A stretch of DNA of 64,000 nucleotides from Candidatus Omnitrophota bacterium. GTDB lineage: Bacteria > Omnitrophota > Gorgyraeia > Duberdicusellales > 4484-171. The translations under genes and the position numbers were made by a program. Below the pieces are notes generated by a model. That model was not told where the DNA came from. It searched no databases and saw only the letters and a program-made list of their open reading frames with translations. Positions 47,558 to 58,028 of the stretch are shown here, in pieces (within the stretch, counting starts at the first letter, position 1; the number at the start of each line of letters is the position of its first letter). The stretch covers positions 18,054 to 82,053 of the forward strand of contig PMCS01000031.1 in NCBI GenBank assembly GCA_003154195.1, written 5' to 3'.

Positions 47558-47854
47558 TCAATCTAGCTTATGGAGCATCTTGATGACGCTGATTATTTCA
47601 TTCAGCTTCTTCTGCTTTTCGGCTTCGCCTCCCTGCTCGAATGCCGCCCGCACGCATCCTTCAATGTGTTTAGCGAAAATCTTTTCCGAAACGCGGTAAA
47701 GGCCGTTGACAATGGCGTGCAGTTGGATAACGATATCGACGCAGTACTTCCCCTCCTCGACCATCTTCTGCACGCCCTTGACCTGGCCCTCGATGCGCCG
47801 CAATGCCGTCAACTGTTCCTCGTGTGTCGTCTTCTTCATCACGTTCTTAGCCAT
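47558..47854 (-). CDS. CsoR/RcnR/FrmR-family metal-sensing transcriptional repressor
   Basis: 98 aa; RIEGQVKGVQKMVEEGKYCVDIVIQLHAIVNGL has the DUF156 signature with the Cys-His metal site. Confidence 0.8.
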   Translation of the reverse strand: MAKNVMKKTTHEEQLTALRRIEGQVKGVQKMVEEGKYCVDIVIQLHAIVNGLYRVSEKIFAKHIEGCVRAAFEQGGEAEKQKKLNEIISVIKMLHKLD

Positions 47855-47974
47855 ATTTTTTCTCTGCCTTCTCTTTTCTTTATACTTTTAGTATACTATA
47901 CCCCCCTGGGGTATGTCAAGGGTTTTTTATTTAAGGAAAAAATTGGGAATAGTAAAACGTGGGATGGGGCGGCA

Positions 47975-48075
47975 AGAAAACCAAAAGCTTACCACCAAGA
48001 CACCAAGCCACGAAGAAAAAAAACTAAAAAACGCGTACTTTTTGAGGCGTGTTCCCAAAAAAAACAGCCTTTTTT
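47975..48075. mobile_element. Family B partial copy (left TIR only)
   Basis: GCTTACCACCAAGACACCAAGCCACGAAGAAAA. Confidence 0.35.
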
Positions 48076-48180
48076 GATATTCAAGTGGAGCAAATTTTTT
48101 CCAAAAAACGCAAAACTTTAATTGCGGCACAGTCTGAGAGCCCACAGAGAAGAGTTAGGAGATGGAAAATACAAAAACTT

Positions 48181-48215
48181 TTTGTCCACAGATTTCTCAG
48201 ATTGTCACAGATAAA
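48181..48215. promoter_or_regulatory. Motif family C half-site upstream region of csoR-like gene
   Basis: TTTGTCCACAGATTTCTCAGATTGTCACAGAT. Confidence 0.4.
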
Positions 48216-48249
48216 TTCACTGACCCTGCTATCCTGCTCTTATTGCTAA

Positions 48250-49338
48250 TCACAAAATCCCTTCAAACGGATACTTTTGGACATCAAGATTGGTAAAACC
48301 TAAACCATTAGCGTATCGGACTACTTCGTCATATTCTTTGACCGTAATCCCGCGGGAAATTTCTGGGTATTGAGTTGCTTTATATACCGGCTGGTATTGG
48401 GACATAATATTAAGGTAGGTATCTTTAGGCAGGTTGTCGGCAATCCAGGAAATGACTTCTTTTGACCCGGCGACGCCGTTAGGCATGACTAAATGACGGA
48501 TCATCAAGCCGCGGCGAATAATATCGTCCGCTGCGGGCTTAGCTGTACCGACCTGGCGATACATCTCCAACAAAGCTTGCTGGGTAAATTGCGGATAAGT
48601 TGCCGCGCCGGAGGAATATTTTGCCGCCATATCAGCAGATGCGTATTTAAAATCAGGCAAGTAAATATCAACGATGCCGTCTAATTTTTTTAAAATCTCC
48701 GGCTGTTCCCAACCGCAACTATTATACACTAAAGGTAATTTTAAGCCTTTGCCTGCGGCCAAATCTAAAGCCAAAATAATATGGGACAGGTAATGTGTGG
48801 GTGCCACGAGATTGATGTTATGACAACCCATATTCTGCAGTTCCAACATCATTTTGGCTAAATTCTCAATCTTAACAGCCTGACCATCGGCTTCCCGTCT
48901 CGCCGATGGCTCGCCGAGGCGGACGCCGAGAGGCGAGCGAGATGGGCCGGGAGGCGAGCCCTGGCCTCCCTGGCTAATTTCCCCATTGAGGCAAAACACG
49001 CAGCGTAAATTGCAATGGGTAAAAAATATCGTTCCTGAACCGCCTTTGCCGGTTAAAGGCTTTTCCTCGCCGAAATGGGGATGATAACTGCTCACTTCCA
49101 AATCGCTGTTGGCTTCGCAAAACCCGCGTTGGCCGGCAGTCCTATCAACCTTGCATTCGCGCGGACAAAGCCGGCAGGCCTTCATCATTTCCCAAAGCTC
49201 CCGGCCGGTTTGCGCTAAGACACCTTTTTGGTAAAGTTTAAGATAGGCGGGTTCGAAATTCAGGCTTGATTTTAGTTGCGCGGTATTGTTTTCTTTTTCC
49301 ATGGCATCAACTCGCCGGAAAAGCCTGGAGCCGCGCAA
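48250..49338 (-). CDS. Radical SAM protein, PflX-like activating-enzyme family
   Basis: CRLCPRECKVDRTAGQRGFCE followed by FFTHCNLRCVFCLNGEIS (CxxxCxxC). It contains an unusual Pro/Gly/Arg-rich ~40-aa insertion (QGGQGSPPGPSRSPLGVRLGEPSARREADGQ). Confidence 0.65.
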   Translation of the reverse strand: MRGSRLFRRVDAMEKENNTAQLKSSLNFEPAYLKLYQKGVLAQTGRELWEMMKACRLCPRECKVDRTAGQRGFCEANSDLEVSSYHPHFGEEKPLTGKGGSGTIFFTHCNLRCVFCLNGEISQGGQGSPPGPSRSPLGVRLGEPSARREADGQAVKIENLAKMMLELQNMGCHNINLVAPTHYLSHIILALDLAAGKGLKLPLVYNSCGWEQPEILKKLDGIVDIYLPDFKYASADMAAKYSSGAATYPQFTQQALLEMYRQVGTAKPAADDIIRRGLMIRHLVMPNGVAGSKEVISWIADNLPKDTYLNIMSQYQPVYKATQYPEISRGITVKEYDEVVRYANGLGFTNLDVQKYPFEGIL

Positions 49339-49669
49339 GCATAGCCATCCAGACTTCTACCCCGGGCCTCCCTGGGGGCATAGCATATACCCTGGTATAC
49401 TTTCCTATACCACAAAAAAATACATCCAGCAATCACCGCGCATAATAGAGCATGGTGGCGCCGGCCAGAAAATAAAACACGCCAAAAGCAATCCGGTGTT
49501 TTTCTACTATCTCCACAAAACTAACCATGGTCTTCTTGCCTAAATCATCCAGTGGCCTGAGTGTTTTAGGAAAGAAAAAATGTATAATCGCCATGAATAG
49601 AGCAACTACGCCAAGGATACGCCCCATAATCAACATATCTACCTCCTTTTTCAAGCTTCATAGATAAAG

Positions 49670-50632
49670 TTAATTCCCTTGTCCGAATATTTTTTTAGCT
49701 CCGGCCATGGCGTCGTTTTTAAAAATAACACCCTCTCTTTTGGCCATGGCGATATTGATAAAATAGTCGATTTTTTCCGGGTAGACATCAGGTATTGCCG
49801 CCGGGTCGGCGCCGTCAAGAAGTTTGGCGATTGTCTCGGACAACTTCCGCGAATAATCGTCGAGATCAGGGGAAATCGCCATCACTGCCCCGGCCTGAGC
49901 GAAATACTCCGATATACCCATCATCGGTATCATTTCTTTTAAGCACAGCGTCATAATATATCTTGAAGAAAGAGTACCGCATACAAATGAATCCGGGATC
50001 ACTAAAAGCACGTCGATTTTCAAGGAACTAAGGGTTACCATATCTTTTTCCGAAGTGACTGGAAATTTTTTTAACGTCAGGCCGCGGTCCTGACAGTATT
50101 TTTCTCCTTCTTCCACCACCGCGGTATTTTTTTTAGGGTTAAAAATTATACCGATTGTTTTCGGGCCAGGCAGTATTTTTTCGATATATTCGATGCGCCG
50201 GCTGATGGGGATGTCGAGGGTATGGATAATTACCCGTTCATCGGTGAACAGTTTCATGTAGGACGGGGTAAAAAGGTCAGATATTACGATAGGTACCTTT
50301 TCGGTCAACTCGACCAGCTTTTGGCCGATATCTACCGCGACCAGCAGGACTACCGCAGGTTTCTGAGAACGCACAAGGCTTGCGGCGTTGTCGACGCCGC
50401 TTACTACCGCTTCTTTTATTTTTACGCCGGGATGAGCCTTCGCCAGGCAAGACCGTACGTTTTTGATAATGGTGGGTATCGGTTCATTATCCGTCGGTTT
50501 CAAAATTAAAATTCCCCCGGAATCATCGGAAGACAGAGATTGAGGAAACGCGGGGGCGGTAAAAACAAAAAATAATAAGAAAATTAATCTTGTGCCGACC
50601 TGAAAAATACTGCTTATCTGCCGTTTATGCAT
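49670..50632 (-). CDS. ABC-transporter substrate-binding-like periplasmic protein
   Basis: Signal peptide plus a periplasmic-binding-protein fold pattern. Tentative. Confidence 0.4.
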   Translation of the reverse strand: MHKRQISSIFQVGTRLIFLLFFVFTAPAFPQSLSSDDSGGILILKPTDNEPIPTIIKNVRSCLAKAHPGVKIKEAVVSGVDNAASLVRSQKPAVVLLVAVDIGQKLVELTEKVPIVISDLFTPSYMKLFTDERVIIHTLDIPISRRIEYIEKILPGPKTIGIIFNPKKNTAVVEEGEKYCQDRGLTLKKFPVTSEKDMVTLSSLKIDVLLVIPDSFVCGTLSSRYIMTLCLKEMIPMMGISEYFAQAGAVMAISPDLDDYSRKLSETIAKLLDGADPAAIPDVYPEKIDYFINIAMAKREGVIFKNDAMAGAKKIFGQGN

Positions 50633-50928
50633 AATTTATCGTTTTTGGGAAATTTCCCGGTAACCCACCATACAAGCTATACATGTATTTTTTGCCGAGT
50701 TAACTCGAAAAACATTATAGCATAATCCGTTGCGTGAAAAAGTATTTTTCATTCGAAATAAATAACGCGGCACAGAAAATAGTCCGAGATATCCAGTCAT
50801 ACGAGATAGTGGATTGCCGCCGACTTCGTCGTCGGATTCTGAATAATCCGCCACAAAGCGTCGGCGGATTATTTAAACCGCATTCATCCGCGGGCTAAAG
50901 CCGGCGGTTTTCTGCGGTTCAAATAAAA

Positions 50929-52131
50929 CTATTTATTACGGATTTCTTGTATTTTTTTCGTCAGAAGAGGGATGATTTTAAAAACATCGCCGACTAAACC
51001 GTAATCGGCGACTTTAAAAATCGGGGCGTCGGGGTCTTTATTGATAGCAATAATTGTCTTCGATGATTGCATCCCGACCAGATGCTGGATCTGGCCGGAG
51101 ATACCGCAGGCGATATAAATCTTCGGGCATACCGTGCGGCCGGTCTGTCCCACCTGATGGGAATAAGGCATCCAGCCGCTATCCACCGCGGCGCGGGAAG
51201 CGCCCACCGCCGCGCCTAAACTGGCGGCCAGTTCTTCAATGATTTTAAAATTTTCCGGCGCCTGTAATCCCCTGCCGCCGGAAACGATAATATCCGCATC
51301 AGAAAGATTGACCGTAGAAACCGCTTCGGCAATAAAATCCAGAAACTTAATGCGGTGGTCCTGCCACTCGGGATTGAAATCATTAACGATAACCTCACCC
51401 TCCCGGCCGGGATTGACCACGGCCTCAGGCATAACCTTATGCCGTACCGTAGCCATTTGCGGACGGTAATCAGGGCTGATGATCTGCGCCATAATATTAC
51501 CGCCGAAGGCCGGCCGAGTCTGGATCAATATTTTCTTTTCTTTATCGATATCGAGGCCGGTGCAATCGGCAGTCAGCCCGGCGTATAAATCCACGGCAAT
51601 CCGGGAAACCAGGCTGCGGCCGGTAGTCGTGGCGCCGGCAAGGATGATTTCCGGCTTATACTTGTTGACCAACTCGATAATCGCCTCTTTATAATTTTCC
51701 GTGATAAAATTTTGCAGGACCGGCGAATCAATGACAAATACCTTGTCCGCGCCGCGGCTGATTAATTCCTGCGCTTTATCTTTTATCCCCGAGCCTAACA
51801 GCACCGCGCCGACATAAGTATTGAGGTCTTTGGCTAAAACTTGCGCTTTGTTAAGGAGCTCGAAAGCAACGGTGGAAAAAACGCCGTTACGCTGCTCGGC
51901 AAATACCCAGACGCCTTTATAATGGCTTAAATCTTTATCTTTCGCCGCTTGCTGGCGTAAAATGCTGATTGCGCCGAATTTGCAAGTGGACACGCAGACG
52001 CCGCAAAGCGTGCATCGGTCAAGGTCGATAACCGCTTTCTTATCAACCATCTTGATCGCCTGCGCGGGACAAACCTTAACGCACAGGGTACAGCCGACGC
52101 ATTTTTCGTTATTAACTTTGATACTGCTCAT
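50929..52131 (-). CDS. etfA: Electron transfer flavoprotein alpha subunit with N-terminal 2x[4Fe-4S] ferredoxin domain
   Basis: N-terminus CVGCTLCVKVCP ... CTLCGVCVSTC (two CxxCxxCxxxCP motifs), then the EtfA/FixB FAD-binding domain (…SGGRGL…). Confidence 0.85.
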   Translation of the reverse strand: MSSIKVNNEKCVGCTLCVKVCPAQAIKMVDKKAVIDLDRCTLCGVCVSTCKFGAISILRQQAAKDKDLSHYKGVWVFAEQRNGVFSTVAFELLNKAQVLAKDLNTYVGAVLLGSGIKDKAQELISRGADKVFVIDSPVLQNFITENYKEAIIELVNKYKPEIILAGATTTGRSLVSRIAVDLYAGLTADCTGLDIDKEKKILIQTRPAFGGNIMAQIISPDYRPQMATVRHKVMPEAVVNPGREGEVIVNDFNPEWQDHRIKFLDFIAEAVSTVNLSDADIIVSGGRGLQAPENFKIIEELAASLGAAVGASRAAVDSGWMPYSHQVGQTGRTVCPKIYIACGISGQIQHLVGMQSSKTIIAINKDPDAPIFKVADYGLVGDVFKIIPLLTKKIQEIRNK

Positions 52132-52139
52132 ATACCTCG

Positions 52140-52290
52140 CTCCGCTCGATGCGCTGATGATCGCTGATTAGAAGAAACGGATGATCGCTGATAAATACAA
52201 AAAAATATTTTCTAATCCCTCGACATTAATAATCATATAATTGCCTTTAATCATCTGCATCTTCTCATCAGTGATCATCTGTGCTCACAA
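52140..52290. repeat. Short repeat family D, copy between etfB and etfA
   Basis: cgctgatgatcgctgat...gatgatcgctgat...catctgcatcttctcatcagtgatcatctg. Confidence 0.4.
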
Positions 52291-53082
52291 TATGTCTTTT
52301 ATCTCGGCAACCAAGGCATCAACCACTTCGCCCGGCTCGCCGGTAAACACTTTCCCCCCTTCCTTATGCGGCGGGGTAAAAATCTTTACTACCTGAGTGG
52401 GTGAACCCTTAAGTCCTATCTTATTTTCTTCAATGCCTAAATCTTTATTGCCCCAAACGGTGATTGCCGCTTTTTGGGCGCGCATCTTTCCCTTAAGCGA
52501 AGGCATGCGCGGGGTATTGATCTCTTTGACTACCGTAATCAATGCCGGCAGATGGATTTCGATCAATTCATAGCCTTCTTCCAAAAGCCTTTCCACAATC
52601 ATCACTTTAGGATTAGTATCGAGATGGACCGAATCGATGCGGCGCACATAAGTCGCCTGGGCTAAATCCAGGTGCGCGGCAATACCGGGGCCGACTTGCG
52701 CGGTATCGCCGTCGGAAGCCTGTTTGCCGCAAATAATCAAATCGAAATCGCCGATCTTCTTTATCGCAGCGGATAAAATCAAGCTTGTCGCCCATGTGTC
52801 CGAACCGGCAAACGCCCGGTCGCTTAAGTGTATCGCTTCGTCGATACCCAGAGAAATCGCTTCTTTTAACGCGTCCTGCGCCTGGGGCGGCCCCATGGTA
52901 ATAACGGTAGCCTTGCCGCCAAAACGCTCCTTAAGGCGCACCGCCTCCTCAATCGCGTAAGCGTCAAAAGGGTTAATAATCGATTGCACCCCTTCGCGGA
53001 TAAGCGTATTGGTCTTGGGGTCGATTTTTACATCAGTAGTGTCGGGAACTTGTTTGATGCAGACTAAAATATTCATCGCCAT
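52285..53082 (-). CDS. etfB: Electron transfer flavoprotein beta subunit
   Basis: MNILVCIKQVPDT... is a typical EtfB/FixA N-terminus. It is adjacent to etfA. Confidence 0.85.
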   Translation of the reverse strand: MAMNILVCIKQVPDTTDVKIDPKTNTLIREGVQSIINPFDAYAIEEAVRLKERFGGKATVITMGPPQAQDALKEAISLGIDEAIHLSDRAFAGSDTWATSLILSAAIKKIGDFDLIICGKQASDGDTAQVGPGIAAHLDLAQATYVRRIDSVHLDTNPKVMIVERLLEEGYELIEIHLPALITVVKEINTPRMPSLKGKMRAQKAAITVWGNKDLGIEENKIGLKGSPTQVVKIFTPPHKEGGKVFTGEPGEVVDALVAEIKDIL

Positions 53083-53134
53083 AAGTGTTGTGTATTATAT
53101 ACGAAAATATAAAGCGCACAAGAAAAAATTTAAA

Positions 53135-53890
53135 TTATTCAAGAAATACCAGCCCCACCATCATGGCAATACCGCCGAGGATACAGATAAACTGCCATAT
53201 GGCGGCGGATACTTTCACGTCGCAGCCGGAGTGTATTTCGGGGATCAAATCCGAGCCGGCGACATAGATAAATCCCCCGGCGGTTATCGGCAGCAGGATA
53301 TAAGAATAATTCTGGATGCGCGAACCGGCAAGCAGGGAAATAATCGTCCCTAAAATAGCGGTCAGCGCCGACAAAAAATTAAAAATCAAAGCCTTTCGTA
53401 TGGAAAAACCGCTGTGAAGAAAAATACCGAAATTGCCTATCTCATGGGGAATCTCATGCATAATCACGGCAAGTGTAGTGGCCATTCCGATAGGAATGCC
53501 GACAGTATAAGTCGCCCCGATAAGCATACCGTCGATAAGATTATGCGCGGCGTCTCCCACTAAATTCATCATCGCGACGGGATGAGTGTGGCCGCTTTCG
53601 CCGGGCTGGGCATGGCAATGACGCCAGCGCAGGAATTTTTCCAGGATAAAAAAAATAAAAATTCCGGCGATGATCAAAAGCGACGTCGATAATTTTGTGC
53701 CTAATTTTTCGAATGATGCCGGCAATAAATGGATAAAGGCGTCGCCGAACAATCCGCCGACAGCAAAACATACGAGAAATAAGGTTATCTTGTGCAGAGT
53801 GTCGCGGCGTAACACGAGGGTAAAAATACCGATTAACGAGAGCAGGCTTACGATGGTAACACTAACGAGGGCATAAAGCCAAATTCGCAT
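53135..53890 (-). CDS. ZIP-family divalent metal (zinc) transporter
   Basis: HEIPHEIGNFGIFLHSGFS is the ZIP signature, with 8 TM helices. Confidence 0.8.
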   Translation of the reverse strand: MRIWLYALVSVTIVSLLSLIGIFTLVLRRDTLHKITLFLVCFAVGGLFGDAFIHLLPASFEKLGTKLSTSLLIIAGIFIFFILEKFLRWRHCHAQPGESGHTHPVAMMNLVGDAAHNLIDGMLIGATYTVGIPIGMATTLAVIMHEIPHEIGNFGIFLHSGFSIRKALIFNFLSALTAILGTIISLLAGSRIQNYSYILLPITAGGFIYVAGSDLIPEIHSGCDVKVSAAIWQFICILGGIAMMVGLVFLE

Positions 53891-54018
53891 AATTTATATT
53901 TTGGAGAAAACAGATTTCATTTTAAATTGTTCATTTTTCATTTACCATTTTAAATTTTTACAAAATGGCAAATGTCCAATGCAAAATGATAATTTTAAAA
54001 TTAATTTATATTAGGCCT

Positions 54019-54906
54019 TTAAAGAATAATCCCCGTCAACTCCCTCAACGCGTCTTTATATTTGTTTTCGGTTTTCCTGACGACATCTTCGGGCAATTCC
54101 GGCGCCGGCGGCTGCTTATTCCATCTTATACTTTCCAGGTAATCGCGCACAAATTGCTTATCGTAGCTGGCGGGAGAACCGCCCGGCTCGTAGGTAGCCT
54201 GGGGCCAAAAACGGGAAGAATCAGGGGTAAGCGCTTCATCAATAAGGATAACCTTATCGTGATAAATACCGAATTCGAATTTTGTATCGGCGATAATAAT
54301 CCCTTTAGTCAAAGCGTAGGCGGCGGCCTTATTATAAATCTCCAGGCTTAACTTTTTAGTCAAAGCCATAAGTTCCTTGCCGATTTTCTTGGCCATAAAA
54401 TTTTCATCAACGTTGATATCGTGGCCATGCTCTTCTTTGGTAGAAGGCGTGAATAAACTCTGCGGCAGCTTAGCGCTTTCCAGCATCCCTCTGGGTAAAG
54501 TTACACCACAGGCCGTGCCTTTTTCCTTATATTCTTTATAGGCCGAGCCGGACAAATACCCCCTTACCACACACTCGAAAGGAATGACTTCGGTTTTCTT
54601 TACTAACATAGAACGTTTGTCTAAAATATCGGCGTATTTGCGTAAACTCGCCGGATAATCCTTTATCTCCGCCGCCACGATATGATTAGGCGCGATATCT
54701 TTTAAAAAATTAAACCAGAAAAGAGATATTTGATTTAAGACCTTGCCTTTGTCGGGGATACCATTGGGGAAAACAACATCGAAGGCAGAAATCCTGTCGG
54801 TAGCGACGATTAAAAGGTTATCGCCCACTTCATAGACATCGCGCACTTTCCCCCGTTTGAACAATTTCAGGTCTTTTAAATCGGTGGATAGGATTGGCTT
54901 GCTCAT
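54019..54906 (-). CDS. purC: Phosphoribosylaminoimidazole-succinocarboxamide (SAICAR) synthase
   Basis: LFKRGKVRDVYEVGDNLLIVATDRISAFD... has PurC family motifs. Confidence 0.9.
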   Translation of the reverse strand: MSKPILSTDLKDLKLFKRGKVRDVYEVGDNLLIVATDRISAFDVVFPNGIPDKGKVLNQISLFWFNFLKDIAPNHIVAAEIKDYPASLRKYADILDKRSMLVKKTEVIPFECVVRGYLSGSAYKEYKEKGTACGVTLPRGMLESAKLPQSLFTPSTKEEHGHDINVDENFMAKKIGKELMALTKKLSLEIYNKAAAYALTKGIIIADTKFEFGIYHDKVILIDEALTPDSSRFWPQATYEPGGSPASYDKQFVRDYLESIRWNKQPPAPELPEDVVRKTENKYKDALRELTGIIL

Positions 54907-55030
54907 ATTTGAATAACCAAAAAAACGTAAAAACTAAAATATATTTTTCCGTTTTTCGTTTCTTTAGTTTTCCTGTTCCTTGGTTTTCCAGTCCTCCGGT
55001 TTTTTGGTTTTTTAGTTTTTAGGTTACTTT
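54907..55030. repeat. Intergenic repeat family E (AACGTAAAAAC / GGTTATTCAAAT end), copy 1
   Basis: Lies between purC and pckG; it is an inverted copy of the element at 59718-59815. Confidence 0.45.
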
Positions 55031-56794
55031 CAGCCTCTTCTCTAATGTTACCAATTCATTGCGCAGCTCCTGCGGCACATGGCTGCCGAATTTCTCAAAG
55101 AATATTTTCGCGTCTTTTAGCTCCGCATCCCACCCCTTATGGTCAACGGCAAAGAGTTTATCTAAATTTTCCAGAGATAAATCCATGCCGGAAGTATCAA
55201 AACTTTTTGCGTCGGGAACAAAACCGATGGGAGTTTCGACGGCTCCGGCTTTTCCCTGGGCGCGTTCAATCACCCATTTAAGCACTCTTATGTTTTCGCC
55301 GAAACCCGGCCATAAGAATTTACCATTTTCACCCCTGCGGAACCAGTTGATGAAAAAAATCCTGGGCGGATTTACCATTTTTTTCCCGAAATCCAGCCAG
55401 TGGCTGAAATAATCACCCATGTTATAACCGCAAAAGGGAAGCATCGCCATCGGGTCGCGCCGCAATAACCCCACGGCCCCGGCCTGGGCGGCGGTAGTTT
55501 CTGAACCTATCATCGAACCGCAAAAAACGCCGTGCGCGAAATTAAAACTCTCATACACCAGGGGGACGAGCGTCGTCCTTCTCCCCCCTAAGATAATCGC
55601 GGAAATCGGAACACCTTGAGGGCTGTCATATTCCTTAGCTAAAGTAGGGCATTGTTTTATCGAAACCGTAAAACGCGAATTAGCGTGTGCCGCTTTTTTA
55701 TCGGGGGAAGGCGTAAATTTATTCCCCTGCCAATCGATTAAATGAGCGGGATAATCTTTGGTCAAATCTTCCCACCATGGTTCGTTATTATCGAGATTGA
55801 TGGCGGTATTAGTAAATAACGTAGGAAAAAAACTCCCTGCTTTCAAGGTATCAAGCATCGAAGGATTAGTTTTAGGGGATGTGCCCGGCGCGACGCCGAA
55901 GAATCCCGTTTCCGGGTTGATCGCCCTGAGCTGGCCGGCCTTATCCACCCAAAGCCAGGCGATATCGTCGCCCAGGGTCCAAACCTTGTATCCAGGCAGG
56001 GCGGAACGCAGCATCGCCAGATTAGTCTTGCCGCAAGCGCTGGGCAATGCCGCGGTAACGTAGGAAACTTTTCCTCCAGGGTCTTCGATGCCGATAATAA
56101 TCATATGCTCGGCAAGCCAACCTTCGTTACGGCCAATCCAGGAAGCCAGGCGCAACGAAATACACTTCTTGCCCAAAAGAGCGTTGCCGCCATAGCCTGA
56201 GCCAATACTCCAGATAAGGTTTTCTTCGGGAAAATGCATGATAAAACGCTTGTTGGGGTCAAGCTCGCCGATAGAATGGATGCCTTTGATGAAATCAGCA
56301 CGGCTGCCGATACGTTCCGCCGCGACTTTACCCATACGCGTCATAATCCGCATGCTTACGGCGACATAAGCGCTGTCGGTGACTTGTACGCAAAATTTAG
56401 CGAACGGCGAATCGGGGTGCCCCATGACAAAAGGCATAACGTACATGGTACGCCCCCTCATGACCCCCCGGGATAAAATAGTCATTTTCATCTTTGCTTC
56501 AGCGGGATCCATCCAGTTATTGTTAGGGCCGGCAGTATCTTTGTGGGAATGGCAAACGAAAGTCAGGTTTTCCGTGCGCGCGACGTCGTTAGGATGACTC
56601 TGATGATAATAGCTATTCGGCCAAAGAGTCTGGTTCAACCGGCTGAATACGGGCTTACCGTTGATTTTTTCTTCGCTGATACCTTTTTCGATTAAAACTC
56701 TCGCCTCGGCATCGGAACCGTCGCAGAAATATATTTTTTTCGGCCCGGTAAGTTCGGCTGTTTCCTCAACCCATTTTTCCAGCGGCGTAGGCAT
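55019..56794 (-). CDS. pckG: Phosphoenolpyruvate carboxykinase (GTP)
   Basis: 591 aa, FPSACGKTNLAML (kinase-1a P-loop of GTP-PEPCK) and WMDPAEAK. Confidence 0.9.
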   Translation of the reverse strand: MPTPLEKWVEETAELTGPKKIYFCDGSDAEARVLIEKGISEEKINGKPVFSRLNQTLWPNSYYHQSHPNDVARTENLTFVCHSHKDTAGPNNNWMDPAEAKMKMTILSRGVMRGRTMYVMPFVMGHPDSPFAKFCVQVTDSAYVAVSMRIMTRMGKVAAERIGSRADFIKGIHSIGELDPNKRFIMHFPEENLIWSIGSGYGGNALLGKKCISLRLASWIGRNEGWLAEHMIIIGIEDPGGKVSYVTAALPSACGKTNLAMLRSALPGYKVWTLGDDIAWLWVDKAGQLRAINPETGFFGVAPGTSPKTNPSMLDTLKAGSFFPTLFTNTAINLDNNEPWWEDLTKDYPAHLIDWQGNKFTPSPDKKAAHANSRFTVSIKQCPTLAKEYDSPQGVPISAIILGGRRTTLVPLVYESFNFAHGVFCGSMIGSETTAAQAGAVGLLRRDPMAMLPFCGYNMGDYFSHWLDFGKKMVNPPRIFFINWFRRGENGKFLWPGFGENIRVLKWVIERAQGKAGAVETPIGFVPDAKSFDTSGMDLSLENLDKLFAVDHKGWDAELKDAKIFFEKFGSHVPQELRNELVTLEKRLKVT

Positions 56795-57099
56795 TTATTT
56801 CTCCCTTTTTATTTTCTTAATCAAAAATATGCCGGACATATTTTTTGGTTAGCCGAAAATATTCCTTTCGACAGACAGGCGGAATTTTCCCCGCTATTAT
56901 AAAATAACCTGTATTTTAAAAAAATCAAGTATTTATTCCGGCGAAAAAGTAAAAATCCCGGCGGTAAGCAATCTGCGGAGTATTCGGCGAAACTTCAAAC
57001 CCAGCACTAATTTTGTCTTAGCAAAATTAGTGCTGGGTAATTCGACTGCCGCCTCTCGCTAAGCCCTTCGGGCTTGCGTTCGGCGAAGTCTCATTAATA

Positions 57100-57140
57100 A
57101 AAAAGGCCGAAAAGCAAATCGCTTTCCGGCCTTTTTATAA
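57100..57140 (-). terminator. Bidirectional Rho-independent terminator downstream of the pilin gene
   Basis: GC-rich stem AAGGCCGAAAAGC...GCTTTCCGGCCTT flanked by an A-run and a T-run. Confidence 0.6.
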
Positions 57141-57223
57141 CTTAGTTTTCTTTTACCCATCCCTTCGTTTTCTATCCGCGCCAGCGGACAACATTTATTT
57201 TTTGCGAACAAAAAATAAATGGC

Positions 57224-57748
57224 TTAATCGTAAGAAACAGCCATTAGCAACGTTGTATTGGCCGCGGGATACGTATACCGTATGGTTCCCGTACCATTGC
57301 CGAGGACTCCATCAAGCTGGAGGTCAACCCTCCCCGCCGCGCTGGTGTTTGTTGTCGCGGGAATGTTGGTTGCGGTGATATAGCGAGCCTGTTCGGGAGT
57401 ACCGTCTCCGCTCCAATCATAAATCGAACTGGAGTTAAAACTATAGTTGCCACTCCAAGGGTTTCTCATCGGCCATTTTTCTAAGTAGGGCCCATCCCAG
57501 GAAAGGTTGGAAACCGATCCGGTAGAATTGTTAATAAAACCTGAACCGTTGCTAGTATTATCCGGCCAGTAACCGATATCGGAATAAAACGCCATCGCCG
57601 AGGTTTTCATGGCCTTATAATCGCCGATAAAAGCGCTTACCTTGCCTTTTTCGATTGCCTTAAAAGCGTTGGGCGCGACAACTGCCGCGAGTACCGCGAT
57701 GATAGCAATGACGACAATTAATTCGACTAAAGTAAATGCTTTACGCAT
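57224..57748 (-). CDS. Type IV pilin (PilA-like), prepilin N-terminus
   Basis: ORF trimmed to MRKAFTLVELIVVIAIIAVLAAVVAP, the canonical type IV prepilin leader plus hydrophobic helix. The C-terminus is Asn/Ser/Thr-rich. Confidence 0.8.
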   Translation of the reverse strand: MRKAFTLVELIVVIAIIAVLAAVVAPNAFKAIEKGKVSAFIGDYKAMKTSAMAFYSDIGYWPDNTSNGSGFINNSTGSVSNLSWDGPYLEKWPMRNPWSGNYSFNSSSIYDWSGDGTPEQARYITATNIPATTNTSAAGRVDLQLDGVLGNGTGTIRYTYPAANTTLLMAVSYD

Positions 57749-58028
57749 AACCCACCTCCTTTTATTTTTTGTTTTGCCAGAAATCATTTTCTTTCCCTCC
57801 TTCTAACTACAGTTTACACTATTATCATTAAAACACCATTAAATGAAGATTAAAACTTTTTAATGCCTCTGCGGCCGGCCAACGGCAAAATATTTCTTTC
57901 ACCGAATCCGCCCTCGCGCGAACAACCAAAGCGCCGCACGCAGCCTCCGGTTGATTATTCCAATTCTATCACAATACTTTCCCTTTGCAAGTTTTTTTGC
58001 GGCAACAATCACGCGCTTGCAGCCGAAT

